A stretch of 64,000 nt of DNA from Takakia lepidozioides (GCA_030704615.1 CM060731.1:30070001-30134000); one strand, 5' to 3'; positions 1 through 13,181 are shown, counted from the first letter of the stretch. Program-made: numbers and translations. The notes: a model not told the origin generated them from the letters alone.

Positions 1-2930
1 AATGGCTTGGCCATACTGCATAACAGGGGGTGGAATCTGGGGCAAGCGAGCGGTGGGAATTTCTCGCACGGAATCCCCGCTTGAAGGCGATGGCGATCTG
101 GAATTTCTTGGGCTTCCACTGCTGGAAGACACATTGTGCGGCAACATGACGGGCCCTCGAGGTGCTGTCCGAATGTTCCTGTCAGATCTCCAGGAATCCT
201 CTTCGCACCCGGGTTCCTCTTCAATCCTCCGCCTCACAGGGCGAGTACGGACGTCCCCCTCTAGGTGCTCACCTCTGCGGTGCAGAGGCATCCCTTTGAT
301 CTTCTCTCGCAATGTTGTCGCCCATTTCAGTGGATTCTTCGACCTCGAAGCCGTTCGCACCAACAATTCCTCCCTGTCCGGCCCAAAGCCCCATTGTTTC
401 TACGTGGCTTGCTGCATGATTGCTCTGTCGATGTGCTCCGTTGTGGCCGTCACTACGTCCACCAGATGTGTGGCAGAAGACGCTCGCCAGGAGGAGTGCA
501 CTGATTCTGCCATATTCGTGTTCGGCATGTCCGTGTCGGAATCCAAGCACTGCTTCTACAAGGACACAGACAATGGTGAGGAACCAATGGAAAGGTCCGT
601 AATAGAAAGACAATTGCACGAAAATGACAGCATCATACCTCCCGCATGTACTGTCCGAACTGTCGATACCGAAAATGCCACCACCCCAACCAGCTGTGCA
701 AGGCTCCCAGATTGGTTGTCTCCACTGCACCTGACGTGTTCCACCAAGCCTCGATGATAGCAAACTTAAGCTCCGTGTCATCAAATGTGGGTGCATCCTT
801 CCACGCCGTACAAAGGACACGGTGTTCAGCGTGGAATGAGCTAGCAACAAATTTGGTAGTGTAGTGGGATAGACTCCAATGGAATCCACAAGATCTCTCT
901 TTCCCCTCCATTGGCACATTGGGGTCCTCACCGTACACACGCCGCACCGCTGCCCAGTTGGCTTGAGCGTTGTCTGCCATGAATCCCCTGAAATTGGGCT
1001 CTGGCAATCCCGCCGTTGCCATCTGCTCATTTATGCCCTCCCACAGATGCATCTCCGACTGTGTGTCCTCCCCTTTCATCTCGCAGATTGCAATCGTCAT
1101 GAGCCTCTTGGAGTGATAGTCATAAACATGCGCACCCATAGTCACCCACTGATGGTTTGTAATTCGCTTGATGTGATCAAACATCACCCAAGCATTCGAT
1201 AGGTTTCCAGTTGTCATGCGAGTGACCAAGTCGACTCCACTCCCAGGCCCACACGTCGACATTTTAAAAATGTAACAACGATCGGATTCGCTGCCTTGCC
1301 CTGGAAACCTGCTACCTTGGATGTAGTCATATCCAGTCATTCGTTTCACCTCCAGGATTGAGTGCATGTCCGACCCCCGGCCGAACTCCTGCTTGCAAGA
1401 TACGATGTGATTCCGCACATTCGGACTACAAACGTGCGAGACCGACTCCAATAGGTCAAGCATCTCCTCTTTGTTCAAGGGCACTCGGTCTGAACCATCT
1501 TCAGACATGATTTTGCCAAGAGCAATCTTGTGGGCTGCCTTCAGCTGAATCTGCTTTGGTTTGGCTCCAGGGCTCAATTTCACCTCCTCTTTTATGATGT
1601 CGTGTGCTTCCTGCACAGCCTCACGCATGTTGCCTCTCGCCAAGGGGTGGCAGTGGACCCCAACGTGTATGCAAGCTCTAGTCAAGTCCGGGAGCAAATG
1701 GATAACGTAATATTGCTTGGCTCTGCACATGGACATGCACGTCGGTGGTTCTTTGCAATGTGCGCACTTGAAAGTACCCGCAGGAGCTTGGCTGGAGACA
1801 ATGAATGGATGATGCGTTGTGCCAGTCCAATCCGTCTCGTTTCTCCGCCCTCCTTTGGAAGGAAAGTGGAAGCAGGCGGGATTCAGGCACCTCAGCTTCC
1901 CCGCATAGAGGACGTATCGTACACGAACACCATCAGCAATTTTCGTGCTACTGGTCTTCGTCACACACCAGGGGTGTCCGTCATGCTTTCGATCAATGTC
2001 TGTTAACATCCCTGAGGCTTTGTTTGAGGAAGTGACAGGTGGAAACTCGACGATGACATTGCCATCGACTTCGGGAGGTAGATACGTTACCTTCCTGACC
2101 GGAAATTTGGCATAGTCGAGAGCAGCCAGCTCGGAGCGAGAACCATCGAGGTGATGTTGCCGTAGGAGCTGCACAATGGATCGGGTTGGAGTTATGCTTG
2201 AGAGTACATGCGTAGCACCTGCAGAGACGTCCATGTCGGATTTGAACGACCGTGTGGAGGACATGGGGACCTCAATGCACTCATCTTCATCGTCGGAAAT
2301 GTCGAATACGTCCACACGAGAAGCTATGGAGGGTCTTGACGGTCCAGGTCGGGAATGATTATCGTTGCATACCTCTCTGTTGGCAGTGACCGCCTGTCGG
2401 TTTCCGGACTCCTTTGTGGATGGTGTGGGCAGCGACTGATTTGGAAAGGGAATGGGCATTCCCACAGCTCGGTACAGGATGGTGTCTGATGGGGGTACGT
2501 GCCATTCGATTCCGCAACCGCCGTCGTTACCTTGCACGACAATGGTCTCGTCAACCTGTCCAGGAACATCCTTCCTTTCTTCTTCCAAATAAACTGTGCC
2601 CGGTTTGAGCTTGAATTTAGAACAAAGGTAAGTTTTGGTCACTCTGCAAAGTGCTCCCTCGTTTGGGATCCAGGCTCTCCCAAGTTGCGGAGGACAGCAA
2701 ACTATAGCGTAGGAATTCGGAGCCATCGAACACCGCACGAAGTTGGCAAGCGCGAGGTTCAGTATAACGACAGACGAAGGCTCACAGGCACCATGCGGAG
2801 TCCATCGACGATTGGAAGTCGCACATTGAAGTGAAAAGTATAATTTCAAGCTACATGCATAAAGGTGGGAGGTGTGATTCCATAGCCAGTAAGTTAGACA
2901 ATGATGGCCGAATCGGCGACGAAATAACAT
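1..2930 (-). pseudogene. MULE/Mutator-type DDE transposase with N-terminal GCM/WRKY-like zinc-binding domain; one intron, one premature stop; runs off the left edge
   Basis: ORF 633-2930 has DGHPW...LRCLNPAC...CAHC...C...C...HVGVHCHP (WRKY-GCM1-type), then WVMFDH, FMADNAQANWAAVRRVY and CGFHW (MULE D, D and CxxH). A GT-AG intron at 638..556 joins it to KQCLDSDTDMPNTNMAESVHSSW, which supplies the third catalytic E (TN-x-AES motif). In-frame TAG at 400-402; the frame is otherwise open to base 1. The true start codon is uncertain. Confidence 0.8.
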
Positions 2931-3106
2931 CTCCTGACAGTTTCTCCTGAGGGTGGATCCAGCAGTATTCTCGGTACAGACAGGAGCGTTCGCACTGACA
3001 AGTGCCAGGACTGTTAGTTAAAACGGTCAGACAACCTAGTTGTGCTCATCAAGACTGGCCGCAATTCTGTTGTTTCGGAACAATGCAACCCATTCAGGTT
3101 CAGCAT

Positions 3107-4740
3107 GCGGAAATGAGGTTTGAGATTTCCATCCGGAGTGATTCTTTCGATTGCTGCTGCACGGAAATACGGCGCCGTATTTCCGTATTGCATCTTGGTC
3201 ATGCACCAGAGCGACGGAAATGCGGCACCGAGTTTCCGTCCGGGGGAAACCTTTACACTCTCCAGAACGGAAATGCGGTAACGCATTTCCATCCAGCAAG
3301 CACGGTATGTGAAGGTGGAACGGAAATGCGGTACCGCATTTCCGTTCTAATTGAGAATCATGAACAAAGGGAACAGAAATGCGGCACCGCATTTCCAACC
3401 GGGTGAGACCTTAACACTCTCCAGAACGGAAATGCGGTAACGCATTTCCATCCAACAAGCACGGTATGTGAAGGTGGAACGGAAATGCGGTACCGCATTT
3501 CCGTTCTGATTGAGAATCATGAACAAAGGGAACAGAAATGCGGCACCGCATTTCCGTCCGAGTCGCACTTTCCGACATTCCAGAACGGAAATGCACCACC
3601 GTATTTCCGCCCGGGTGAGACATTAACACTCTCCAGAACAGAAATGCGGTACCGCATTTCCGTTTTGATTGAGAATCATGAACAAAGGGAACAGAAATGC
3701 GGCACCGCATTTCCGTCCGAGTGGCACTTTCCGACATTCCAGAACGGAAATGCGGAGCCGCATTTCCGATTTGTATCTGATGCATGGAGCCCAGTGCAAT
3801 TCCGATCGCTTGAGACAGCGCAATTCCGACCGCTTCAGACATTCATACTATCCAGAACGGAAATGCGGTACCGCATTTCCGGTCTAACTGTAAATCGTGA
3901 ACCATCGGAACTGAAATGCGGCAGTGCATTTCCATCTGAGTCGCACCTCCCTCACAAGCTAGAACGGAAATGCGGCACCGCATTTCCGCCAGGGTGAGAC
4001 CTTCATACTCTCCAGAACGGAAATGCGGTACCGCATTTCCGTTCTGACTGTAAATCGTGAACCATTGGAACTGAAATGCGGCAGCGCATTTCCATCCGAG
4101 TCGCACCTCCCTCACAAGCTAGAATGGAAATGCGGCACCGCATTTCCGCCCGGGTGAGACCTTCATACTCTCCAGAACGGAAATGCGGTACCGCATTTCC
4201 GTTCTTATGAGAAATCGTGAAACATTGAAACTGAAACGAGTACAGCAATTCCGTCGGAGTCGCACCTTCCGACATTCCGAAACGGAAATGCGGCGCCGCA
4301 TTTCCTTTTTGTATGTGAGGCATAGAGCTTTGGAACAAAAATGCCGCACCGCATTTCCGCCAGGGTCAGACCTTAATACTGTACAGAACGGAAATGCGGT
4401 ACCGCATTTCCTTTCAGATTGAAAATCATGAACCACGGGAACTGAATTGTTGTGCCGCATTTCCGTCCGAATCGCACGTTTCGACATTTCTGAACGGAAA
4501 TTCGTCGCCGCATTTCCCTTTTGTATCTCATACATTGAGCTGTGGGACGGTAATGTGGCACCGTATTTCCGTTCAACAACTAAGGTATGTGAAGGTGGAA
4601 CGGAAATGCGGTGCCGCATTTTCTTCCAACAAGCACGGATGTGTAGCTTCGTGATGGTACTTAACGGAAATGCGGCGCCGCATTCGCATTTTCACTCCAA
4701 CTCCAAATTTGAACACGTGGAGCATCGGAATTGCGGCACG
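3107..4740. repeat. Array of ~30 copies of a 26-bp palindrome ACGGAAATGCGG-NN-CCGCATTTCCGT at a ~53-bp period
   Basis: Copies start at 3161, 3214, 3267, 3320, 3373, 3426, 3479, 3532, 3585, 3638, 3691, 3744, then 3857, 3910, 3964, 4017, 4070, 4124, 4177, 4230, 4282, 4335, 4388, 4441, 4494, 4547, 4600, 4664. The ~27-bp spacers fall into about 5 recurring types. Confidence 0.95.
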
Positions 4741-5097
4741 TGTCTGCACTCTATCTGACTGAAGTGGCATGAGGCGGCGCGGCCTGACCGTTGGATAATG
4801 ATGTTTGTTTTTCGGACGGCAGTCGTATCCTGAACGATTCAAATTTCGTAATGACGCAAAGTCCACGAGGAGACACTTTCCTCCAACCCTTTCGAACCCA
4901 AGTGCTGCATCACCGCCGTTTCATCTGCTTTTGTCATGTCTCCTCAGTCACCCCTCTCGCGCCCTTTCCATCTGCACTCTTCGCTCCTTTTCCCTGTCTC
5001 TGTTCTTCTTATGCTCGAACCTGAGAGGGAGGGAGTGCGTGCACCAGAGAAGAGTAATCGTCGCAAGCTCCGAAAATTGTACTTCGGACGTAGGCCA

Positions 5098-7167
5098 ATG
5101 CCGAAGGGGAGGAAGCAGATGCGTCTACAGGAGGAGATTGCCATCTCGCAGCATCAGGCCACGCAGGCAACCTAGCCACAAGTGAGAGCTCCGTGCTATC
5201 GGGATTCGCCAGCTGATCGAGCACCGAAACCCGCCTCATTTTTCTTCTGCAATTCTTAGACTGTATGCTAGGAGACTTGACTGCAGAAGATGTTTGCATG
5301 CCTAACCGGAAAGGTGGACGTGATGGAGGGATCGCATGAATCCGAAGAGCCGCAGGCAGAGTCCGTGGAGCTAGCTGCAGCACGCACACCCAGCCGATCC
5401 GCGAGCACGGGTCTTCCTGCCGGTCCTAACCCTGTGCGTTTCAAGGACGCGGCTTCCAAGGGCAAGTCCTTGCAGTTCAAAGCCCCAGAGAGCGACTCGC
5501 CTTCAAAGGTCATGGAGAATCGCCAGCAGGGGTCTAGCCCTTCTCCAGCAAAGACGAAGAAGAAGCAGCCCGTCCTTCAACTTGTTTCTGAACCGGACCA
5601 GGCCGTTTCCCCCCCACCCAGGCGAATGAAGCAAATTCAATTGCAGCAGACACCTTCACCTGCAAGAATGAGGAAGCACAAGGCAATCAGGGGGAGGGCG
5701 GAGCAGTCTCCAAAACCGATTCCACGAGCTGAAGCCCAGTTCCTGCTTGATTTCCAACCTGCTGCAGCGAAGCCAATGGGATCAACTGGAGATCTGGTAC
5801 CGGAGGAGGGTGCTGCCTCTCAACGTTCTCAGCAAGACCTGACCACAGTTGAGGAAGACCTGACCACTGAAGGCCCGGAGGAGGCCTCTGCAATTGCACA
5901 ATTGTCCGCAAAGATTCCCCAGAGTGCAGCTCCAGTTGGGGATGCTCAAGCTGCTCAGCCCCTGCCGCCACCAGCAGAAATATCTCCGGAGGAATTCCAA
6001 AGTGCAGCGGATACAATGTTGGAGGAGACACATAGTAGCATTGGCAGAGTTCTGGGCAGCAGGGTATTCCAGCGGACTCTTTGAATCCCACTCTGTCGCA
6101 TGGTCTCCCTTCCCATCGTCAGGCAGACACTTCCTGGAGATGTGGATAAGCTCAAGTTCGCATTTCGAGAAGGGTACCGTCTAGGTTCGCCAGCCTTCTA
6201 CGTTTCCCTTGAGAATGAGGACAACGAATCTCGTGGACCCACTGCGGAGGAATTGTCAACATGGGATACCCACTGGCACACTCGCAACGACGAATTCGAG
6301 GCAACACTGAAGGGTGATCCCGACTTCGGCCATATGTCGGGTAAAATGTTCTTTGTGTGGGACGGGAATCACCGACTTCTCGCCTGGTGGGAGTAGTACA
6401 TCAAGCAGAACCATGCCAAGCACATTGGCTGGCATTACATGGTGGAGTGTGTCATCCTCAAGGTGAAGGCGGCAGACTCCTCCCTGCTCAAGAATGCCAT
6501 GGCGGACCATACTCATACCCTCCCATGCACGTTCGAAATGCGGTGCTGCATTTCGGTTTCCAATCTGTTTTGTTTCCGTGCTTTCGTGGACTGAACTGAA
6601 GAGTGTGCCTTGCAGGGTCACTGAAAATGCGTACGTGCATACCCACATGGCACATATGCTGTACAGGGTGAGGAAAACTAGTCTTACTGATCCGCACATG
6701 TTCGCGGAAATGTTGGAGCCCGAGCTCATTCAGAAAGCCGTGGCAAAAACTGACCGGACATGGTATCGTCTCACTATGGATGGAATGGTGGAGGTCATAT
6801 ACGAAGTAAGTCGTCCTCCATTTCCCTCTGCTCATCCTTCCTCAATTTCCGGTAATCTTTCCACATGAATCGAATGTAACGCTTCTGCATGTTTTTGTTG
6901 GCAGTCAAACATCAAGCTGGATTTGGCCCATGCCAAACGCTTCTTCATGGAAAGTGAGGGGCAGGTCAAAACGTTGCAGTCATTGATTGAGCACTTGAAG
7001 GAAGCCGGGGTCAAGTCCAGAACGAAATACAAGTCAAAGCTTGTGAAGCTGGTGGCCATTGCAGATCCGGCACTTGGAAAGGACTTCATCCCCGAGATTG
7101 CAAAACACTATTCTCGGGCCATGCAGCCGACCATGCAGTTGGAGAAACTGCATCACCTCTCAACGGC
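5098..7167 (+). pseudogene. 5' half of a multi-exon gene: low-complexity N-terminus plus ParB/Srx-like domain; interrupted by a TIR element at 7168
   Basis: Probable exons ~5098-5181, 5287-~6510, 6616-6806 and 6905-7167, mostly with GT/AG borders (one donor appears lost). FFVWDGNHRLLAW at ~6349-6387 matches the ParB-family DGxHR signature. Lesions: TAG at 5173-5175 (CAG in the copy near 52015), a frameshift near 6080, TAG at 6394. Confidence 0.7.
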
Positions 7168-7300
7168 CAGGGATGCCTCGGCGTGAGCCTGGTCACGTGA
7201 GCGCGTGAGCGCAACTGCGCTCACGCCACGTCACCTTACGCAAATGCCACGTCACGGGGCTCAGTCCACGTCATCACACGTGAAGGCCGAGTCACCACGC
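7168..7300. promoter_or_regulatory. Left TIR and subterminal cluster of GCCACGTCA / CACGTG (G-box-like) and GCGTGAGCG motifs
   Basis: gccacgtca at 7225 and 7246, ccacgtca at 7266, cacgtg at 7194 and 7277; mirrored at the right end. Confidence 0.6.
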
Positions 7301-7379
7301 GCCTAGAAAGAAGTGGAGTGTATTCCCGCGGATTGGCACCCTTACCGCGGAAACAAGCTGGACGACATAATAAAAGGCA

Positions 7380-7730
7380 TTGAATAAAGGATGGATGAAT
7401 GTATAGTTGGATGATAAACAGAGGATGAGTGTGGAAAAATGTATGTAGATGGATGAATGACGGATGGATAAGAGTAAAATGATGAATGTATAATGGATGT
7501 TGAGCAATGACAAAAATCATGACAGGAAGATGCATGACCAAATCTTTTGACGAATGCACAAAGTATATGAAATGAGTGTGGAAGGTTGTGGGGTGGATAA
7601 AGAGTACAGAGGATGAATGTACAATGGATGTTGTACAAGGAAGCTTTCATGAATGGAGCACGCATGAATACAGTGTAGATGAATGCACAATGGATATGAG
7701 AAGAGTCAGGAAGGTTTGTGAGATGATTCA
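7380..7730. repeat. Degenerate GGATGAATG-rich low-complexity repeat
   Basis: Recurrent ggatgaatg/gatgaatg variants; the overlapping ORFs are H/I/S-rich artefacts. Confidence 0.7.
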
Positions 7731-7855
7731 TACATATAGCAATTTAAAACGAAAGTTGATTCTGTGATTATTTGTTCTAAAGGAACAACTACGGTGGAGG
7801 GAAGGGATTCAACGTTTTCCAGATAATATGAAAATGAATATTAAAAGAATACAGT

Positions 7856-10800
7856 TCAGTCTGACTCAGAGTCAGTACAATGTATCCCCTCTTCCTCTGC
7901 ATCTAAGTCTAAGTATTTTAGAACACCGGATCCACGCTGGATACACCTACGGCTGGCCACTAAAAAGTCAGGGGATGGACTCGGCCGCGTGAAGTGCCAT
8001 TGCTTCGGCATAAACAGGAAGCAGAAAATTGGAAAGGGGGCTGTCGAAAACAGACTCGCCAGAAATGACTGTATCTCCTGAAGATCCACCGCTGCCTTTC
8101 CTGAAAGACAGCCTGAAAAAGTTATTACTGTAACTTTGATGTTATCGAGAAATTGAGTAGACTCCCAAGAGGGTTTAGCACTTACTCACATGAAAAGTCG
8201 TTGTCGACCTGCTTATCTTCGGGATCGTCATCATTTCGAATTTGAATCCGATCAGTCCGTGTGCCTGAAGTGGAGCAGACAAAAGGGGGAGGAGCACGGT
8301 GTTGTAGAGGTCAGAATCACCCTCCATGCCAAAAGGCTTCTTCGCCTGCCTTGCATGCGTGGTAAGTTGCTCCTGCACCAGACAGGGAGAACATGAACAG
8401 TTGGAGGGGGGGATTTAAGCAGACGAAATGTTGTTGAAGGAAACCAATTCGGAAGGGAAAAAAACGAACCTGTGGACACAGAAAGATCGACCACACGTGG
8501 CAGAGCGGTGGCTGCATGACTCCAGCAGTATTTGCATGAATGCTGGTTGACTTTTTCCTTTGCAACCTCTCCAGGGAGTGCCATCTGGTCTCTTCAGAGT
8601 CTGACTGGACTGCATGAAGTTGTACAAAATGTCATCGACATGGGGCTCATCGGGGGGTTGACGAAACAACCCTCGTCAGAAATCTCAAAGCTGCGGATGG
8701 CGGATGGTGTCTTTGATGTGCGAATCCTCCGCAGGCAGATCGCCTCGAACATTCCTCGTCTGCAAAGATAGCAGGTTAGTGTGGTAAACACACAATCTAT
8801 AGTGGAAGTGTGTACAATCGGCTATCAGAACTCTGACACAAAAAAATCATGAATCATTGATGATCGGTTTCGATCATAAAACATTCTACTAGAGGGAGCT
8901 GCAGAGAAAATTGAAACTCATGATCAAAAGCACAAGCAGAAGGGAGACGGCATACCAGCTGACCAGGGAAACCCCCTTTCACAAGGTAGAGGCTGTTCAC
9001 ACAATTCCATGTGCGCAAAACTTCAAACCCTGAAGACTTGAGTATGATGCCAATGCCCGACGACTATCATTGTCACATGACTGAAAAAGCAGAAGTTGTC
9101 CCTGCATCAGAGAGAGGAAATTGTTACAGAACCCGAAACACCCAACTCCAGTAGTTGTCTCGAATTTGTTCCAGCCTGGCGTATGCCCTTTGGAAGAAAC
9201 TTCTGGCACAGCCTGGCATCCCGGGATGTCGTGAGAAGAGAATGACAATGTCGGCCCGCATAAGTTCTGCACACCGCACACGAAGGTGGGACCTGTGCTC
9301 ACCTGCAACAGACATGTTTTTTATAAGAACGATGGCAAGAAAGGTTTCAAGAAACGAGAGACGAAATACTGCCAACGGAAAACTTTCAAAGAAAAAGGAA
9401 AGAAACTGGAATTCTCACCAGATTGAGGAATGAGATAATTGTCCCAGGTAGGGGATGGCACCCCAGGTATCTCTCTTTCGACTCTACATCATCGAAAGCC
9501 ACCCCTCATTAACAATTTTCATCTCTCCTGCAATGAATCAGAACGGGAAGGTGTGGCTTGGCATCGAACACGCACTGAAGAGTGGGGTGTATATTCTTCC
9601 AGCAGTTAAAGTCCTGCCCCACCTCCATCTCCTTTTCATTCCCTCCCCTTGTCTTTTTCCTTCTCTTTGGACTGTCTTTGTCCTTTGGCTTTGCTGGTGA
9701 GATGGGCTTATGACATCAACAGCCTTGTCTTTTGGTTTGCGGCCCCCCTTCTTTCCTTCTGCGGCGTTCCCTGAGCATCAGGCTCCTTGGCAGCCAAGGT
9801 TGCTAGGTTTCGTTGATACTCTTCGTCAGTCAAAGGCGCCAGTATCTCAGCGTTATTTGTTCAAGTATTTCATATGCTTTTCTTGAAAGGTCGTGTGCTT
9901 AGGTGGGCAGTCAAGGTACACCCACAGTCTCTGAAGTGAGAAGGACTCCAGTCCTTCAATATCCCTGCAGTATACATGGTTGGATCGTTTGCAGGGTCCG
10001 ACCAATGTAAGATAGTCGGGAATCCGCTCCGGTGATTTCCTTCCATAAGCACATATTTCGTTTTTGCGACATGAAAAAAGGAGATAAATCCCAACCCACA
10101 AAAGCGCTCAGTGAGTAAGATGCAAGTAGAACAGAAAGAATAAAACATAGATTGAAATGGCTCTGACAACTGCTCCAAGGACCTCTTCAGGACCACACTA
10201 CTGCTCCAGATATGAATGTCGTCACCCGCCATTCAGAACATCCATTCATGATACTGTAAATACACCTAATCCAGGTGAATGCAAATAATCGTTTAGTAAA
10301 TGACACAGACATAGAAGTGAATGTCGTCAACGACATTCAAGAATGAAGCCAAAATTATTACTTAAATGAAGCAAAATCACAGGATGGAAATAAAAAAATT
10401 GAGTTAAGGAACCCTCCAGGAAAACTCAATGCACATTCATAAAGACTATCACTGAGGACTCACAACATCACTGTATGTGAATGGCGTCAACGCCATTCAC
10501 AAAAATACAAAAAAAAAACCAATTACTTAGCTCCCCAATCCATGTAAATTATTTGTCGCTGTTGAATAATACAGACACAGCTGTGAATGTCGTCAACAGA
10601 CATTCACTTTGGATTTCTTAAAACAGAGCTTTATCAGCCTCCACATTCATCGCAAAGAGGCAAAAACAATGCAGAAACAACTGAATGTCTGCATTGACAT
10701 TCAGCAAAATGAAGTGAGGAAACCCAATGTAACCTCATGGAACATTACAAAAATTTAAAATAAGCTGCGGACCTCTCAACAACTCAGATGTCGTCAACGA

Positions 10801-11329
10801 CGCCATTCAAGACATTATCAATCTAATAATCAGGGACCAATATAATTGCACCCTTAGATCCTAACCAGGTGAATTCATATACTCGCTTAAGAATGACTTA
10901 GACAAAGAAGGAATGTCGTCAACGACATTCAATCTGGATCTAAGATTGCAATCCATATGAAGCCACATTTTTTCCCAAAAAAACAGTAGACTTTCAAGTA
11001 TGACATTGCACCTGTACACAACTCGCATCATGGCCCACTCTCCTCCAACCTGACTGTCAAAGTCGTTTGACCGTAAAATGTTACCATCTTTGGAGAACTC
11101 CCGGAAAAAACAGTATCTCCACGTGAGACCTCTCCACTTCCTTATGTATGCCTCCAATGACATTTGGGGAGGGGAAACAATCGCAATGTTCAGGTCCTTC
11201 AAAGTCTGATCCAGCACAATGACGGCGCGCTTTTCGAGCTGCAAATAGTATATTTGTCAGAATTTGCAAAAAAGATACATCACATACTTGAAGAGAAGAA
11301 ACAGCATGTTCGAATACACACACCTGACT
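7856..11329 (-). pseudogene. Degraded multi-exon gene of unknown function inside the TIR element
   Basis: A chain of minus-strand coding-like segments (10861-11244, ~10146-10232, ~9420-10070, ~8955-9302, ~8497-8760, ~8187-8372, 7856-~8102), several bounded by GT/AG-like sites, ending in an acidic tail LDAEEEGIHCTDSESD*. No recognisable domain. Confidence 0.4.
10214..10932. repeat. Seven dispersed palindromes GAATGTCG-TCAA-CGACATTC in AT-rich DNA
   Basis: Copies at about 10214, 10319, 10479, 10585, 10683, 10787 and 10911. Confidence 0.85.
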
Positions 11330-11829
11330 NNNNNNNNNNNNNNNNNNNNNNNNNNNNNNNNNNNNNNNNNNNNNNNNNNNNNNNNNNNNNNNNNNNNNNN
11401 NNNNNNNNNNNNNNNNNNNNNNNNNNNNNNNNNNNNNNNNNNNNNNNNNNNNNNNNNNNNNNNNNNNNNNNNNNNNNNNNNNNNNNNNNNNNNNNNNNNN
11501 NNNNNNNNNNNNNNNNNNNNNNNNNNNNNNNNNNNNNNNNNNNNNNNNNNNNNNNNNNNNNNNNNNNNNNNNNNNNNNNNNNNNNNNNNNNNNNNNNNNN
11601 NNNNNNNNNNNNNNNNNNNNNNNNNNNNNNNNNNNNNNNNNNNNNNNNNNNNNNNNNNNNNNNNNNNNNNNNNNNNNNNNNNNNNNNNNNNNNNNNNNNN
11701 NNNNNNNNNNNNNNNNNNNNNNNNNNNNNNNNNNNNNNNNNNNNNNNNNNNNNNNNNNNNNNNNNNNNNNNNNNNNNNNNNNNNNNNNNNNNNNNNNNNN
11801 NNNNNNNNNNNNNNNNNNNNNNNNNNNNN
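11330..11829. other. Assembly gap (500 N)
   Basis: Run of N. Confidence 1.
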
Positions 11830-12138
11830 TCCTTCACAACATTATCCCTTGGGTGCCATGTAGGACTCCGTGGCTTTTGGGCCAGAGCAAACTTGGACCA
11901 TCAGCATTGCTCGCTCACAAACACACACCAAACACTCAAAAAGCAAACAGAAACCTCGCATGAGAAACCAAACACTCCCGGACGGAAAGCAACGCAGCCA
12001 AACACTCACTCGCTCAGTCAAGAACAGTCTACCACAGACCGCCTGCCACAGTGTGTTTGGCTCTAAATACGGTTGCGTGAAAATGACTTAAAAGATCTTG
12101 TATGCACAGCAGGTCCAGCCTGGGCATGAATATGGGTG

Positions 12139-13181
12139 TGTCGCGCGGCATTTACTCATCCATCCCTTCGCTATTCGAGGCGGAAACTCCAAGATAGAAG
12201 AGTTGGAAATCTCTAAGTACTCAGCCCGCGCAGAACAATCAGTCATGACCTACAGCTAGTGTATCATGGGGGTGTTTCCTATTTGTTTCCCTTTTGGCAT
12301 TCATGTTAGCTACCTTACCATTGATAATTAAGTATCAATTTGTTTTATCAATCTATTGGATTTCGTCAACTCATCCATTCATTCCACAGCTTCACTCAGA
12401 TCTCTCTACACAGTGTGATTGTATCGTAAAAGTATCCGATTATGATTTATCAGGTATCAGGCCGAAGCCATTGTGTCTCTAATCTGCTCTACAATATCAT
12501 TACAGCCTTGCATATAACAAGCATCTACTCATCATCTCTCTATCTTCACTTTCGTTCTTCATCTCTGCCCGATCCCCTCTCCTCCATGACAAGAAGTCCT
12601 TCACCGAATGATCTCCCCCAAAATTCCCCGCTTCTCCCTTTATCTTCCTACCGTGGTTCTAACCGTTTCCCTCACTAACCGTCGTCTGTGAACTAACATG
12701 TTCCCTTCGCAGGTGTTGTTCCCCACAGTCGTTCCCTGTCCTGCTCTCCGTTCCCTATGATCGTGACAGCTGTGTCAAGCTGTGACTGGCTGTGTGAAAC
12801 TGTGACGGGCTGGGACTGGCTGTGCGACTGTGTTTGGCTGTGCTGTGACTGCTGTGTGGCTGTGTCGGCTGTGTCGGGCTGTGATTGTGTCGGCTGTGTC
12901 TGCTGTGACGACTGTGTTGTGGCTGTGTCGGCTGTGATGACTGTGACAGGCTGTGTCAGCTGTGTCTGCTGTGACGACTGTAACGGGCTGTGTTGGCTGT
13001 GACGACTGTGACAGGCTGTGTTGGCTGTGTCGGCTGTGACTACTGTGACGGGCTGTGTAACCCCCCTCTACAGTGCGCTGCTGTCACCCCTAAGGCTCCT
13101 GTTGGTCTCTCAGTCTGTGCAAAATTAAGGGTACCCTACAGATCCCGTATAAGTGTCTAAGTCCCCGACAGTCCTCTAACA
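12139..13181 (-). repeat. G1 3' LTR with internal GGCTGTG(A/T) micro-repeat block (~12760-13060)
   Basis: Begins tgtcgcgcggc and ends cctctaaca; direct repeat of 24344-25360. Confidence 0.93.

Noticed and set aside
2-757. 251-aa plus-strand ORF
   Set aside because: Antisense shadow of the transposase 3' exon.
3107-4740. CRISPR array (palindromic repeat with constant-length spacers)
   Set aside because: Spacers recur as about 5 types, the repeat centre varies, no cas genes are present, and the context is eukaryotic with introns.
3002-4760. Many ORFs with EMRxRIS / KCGTAFP / GNAxPHF motifs (also 28600-29800 and 52425-53080)
   Set aside because: Translations of the palindrome on both strands, not proteins.
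7856-11329. Transposase or Ulp1 protease of the TIR element
   Set aside because: No convincing DDE or catalytic-triad motifs could be read.
11164-12066. Long ORFs spanning X runs (also 62551-63630)
   Set aside because: Artefacts of the N gaps.
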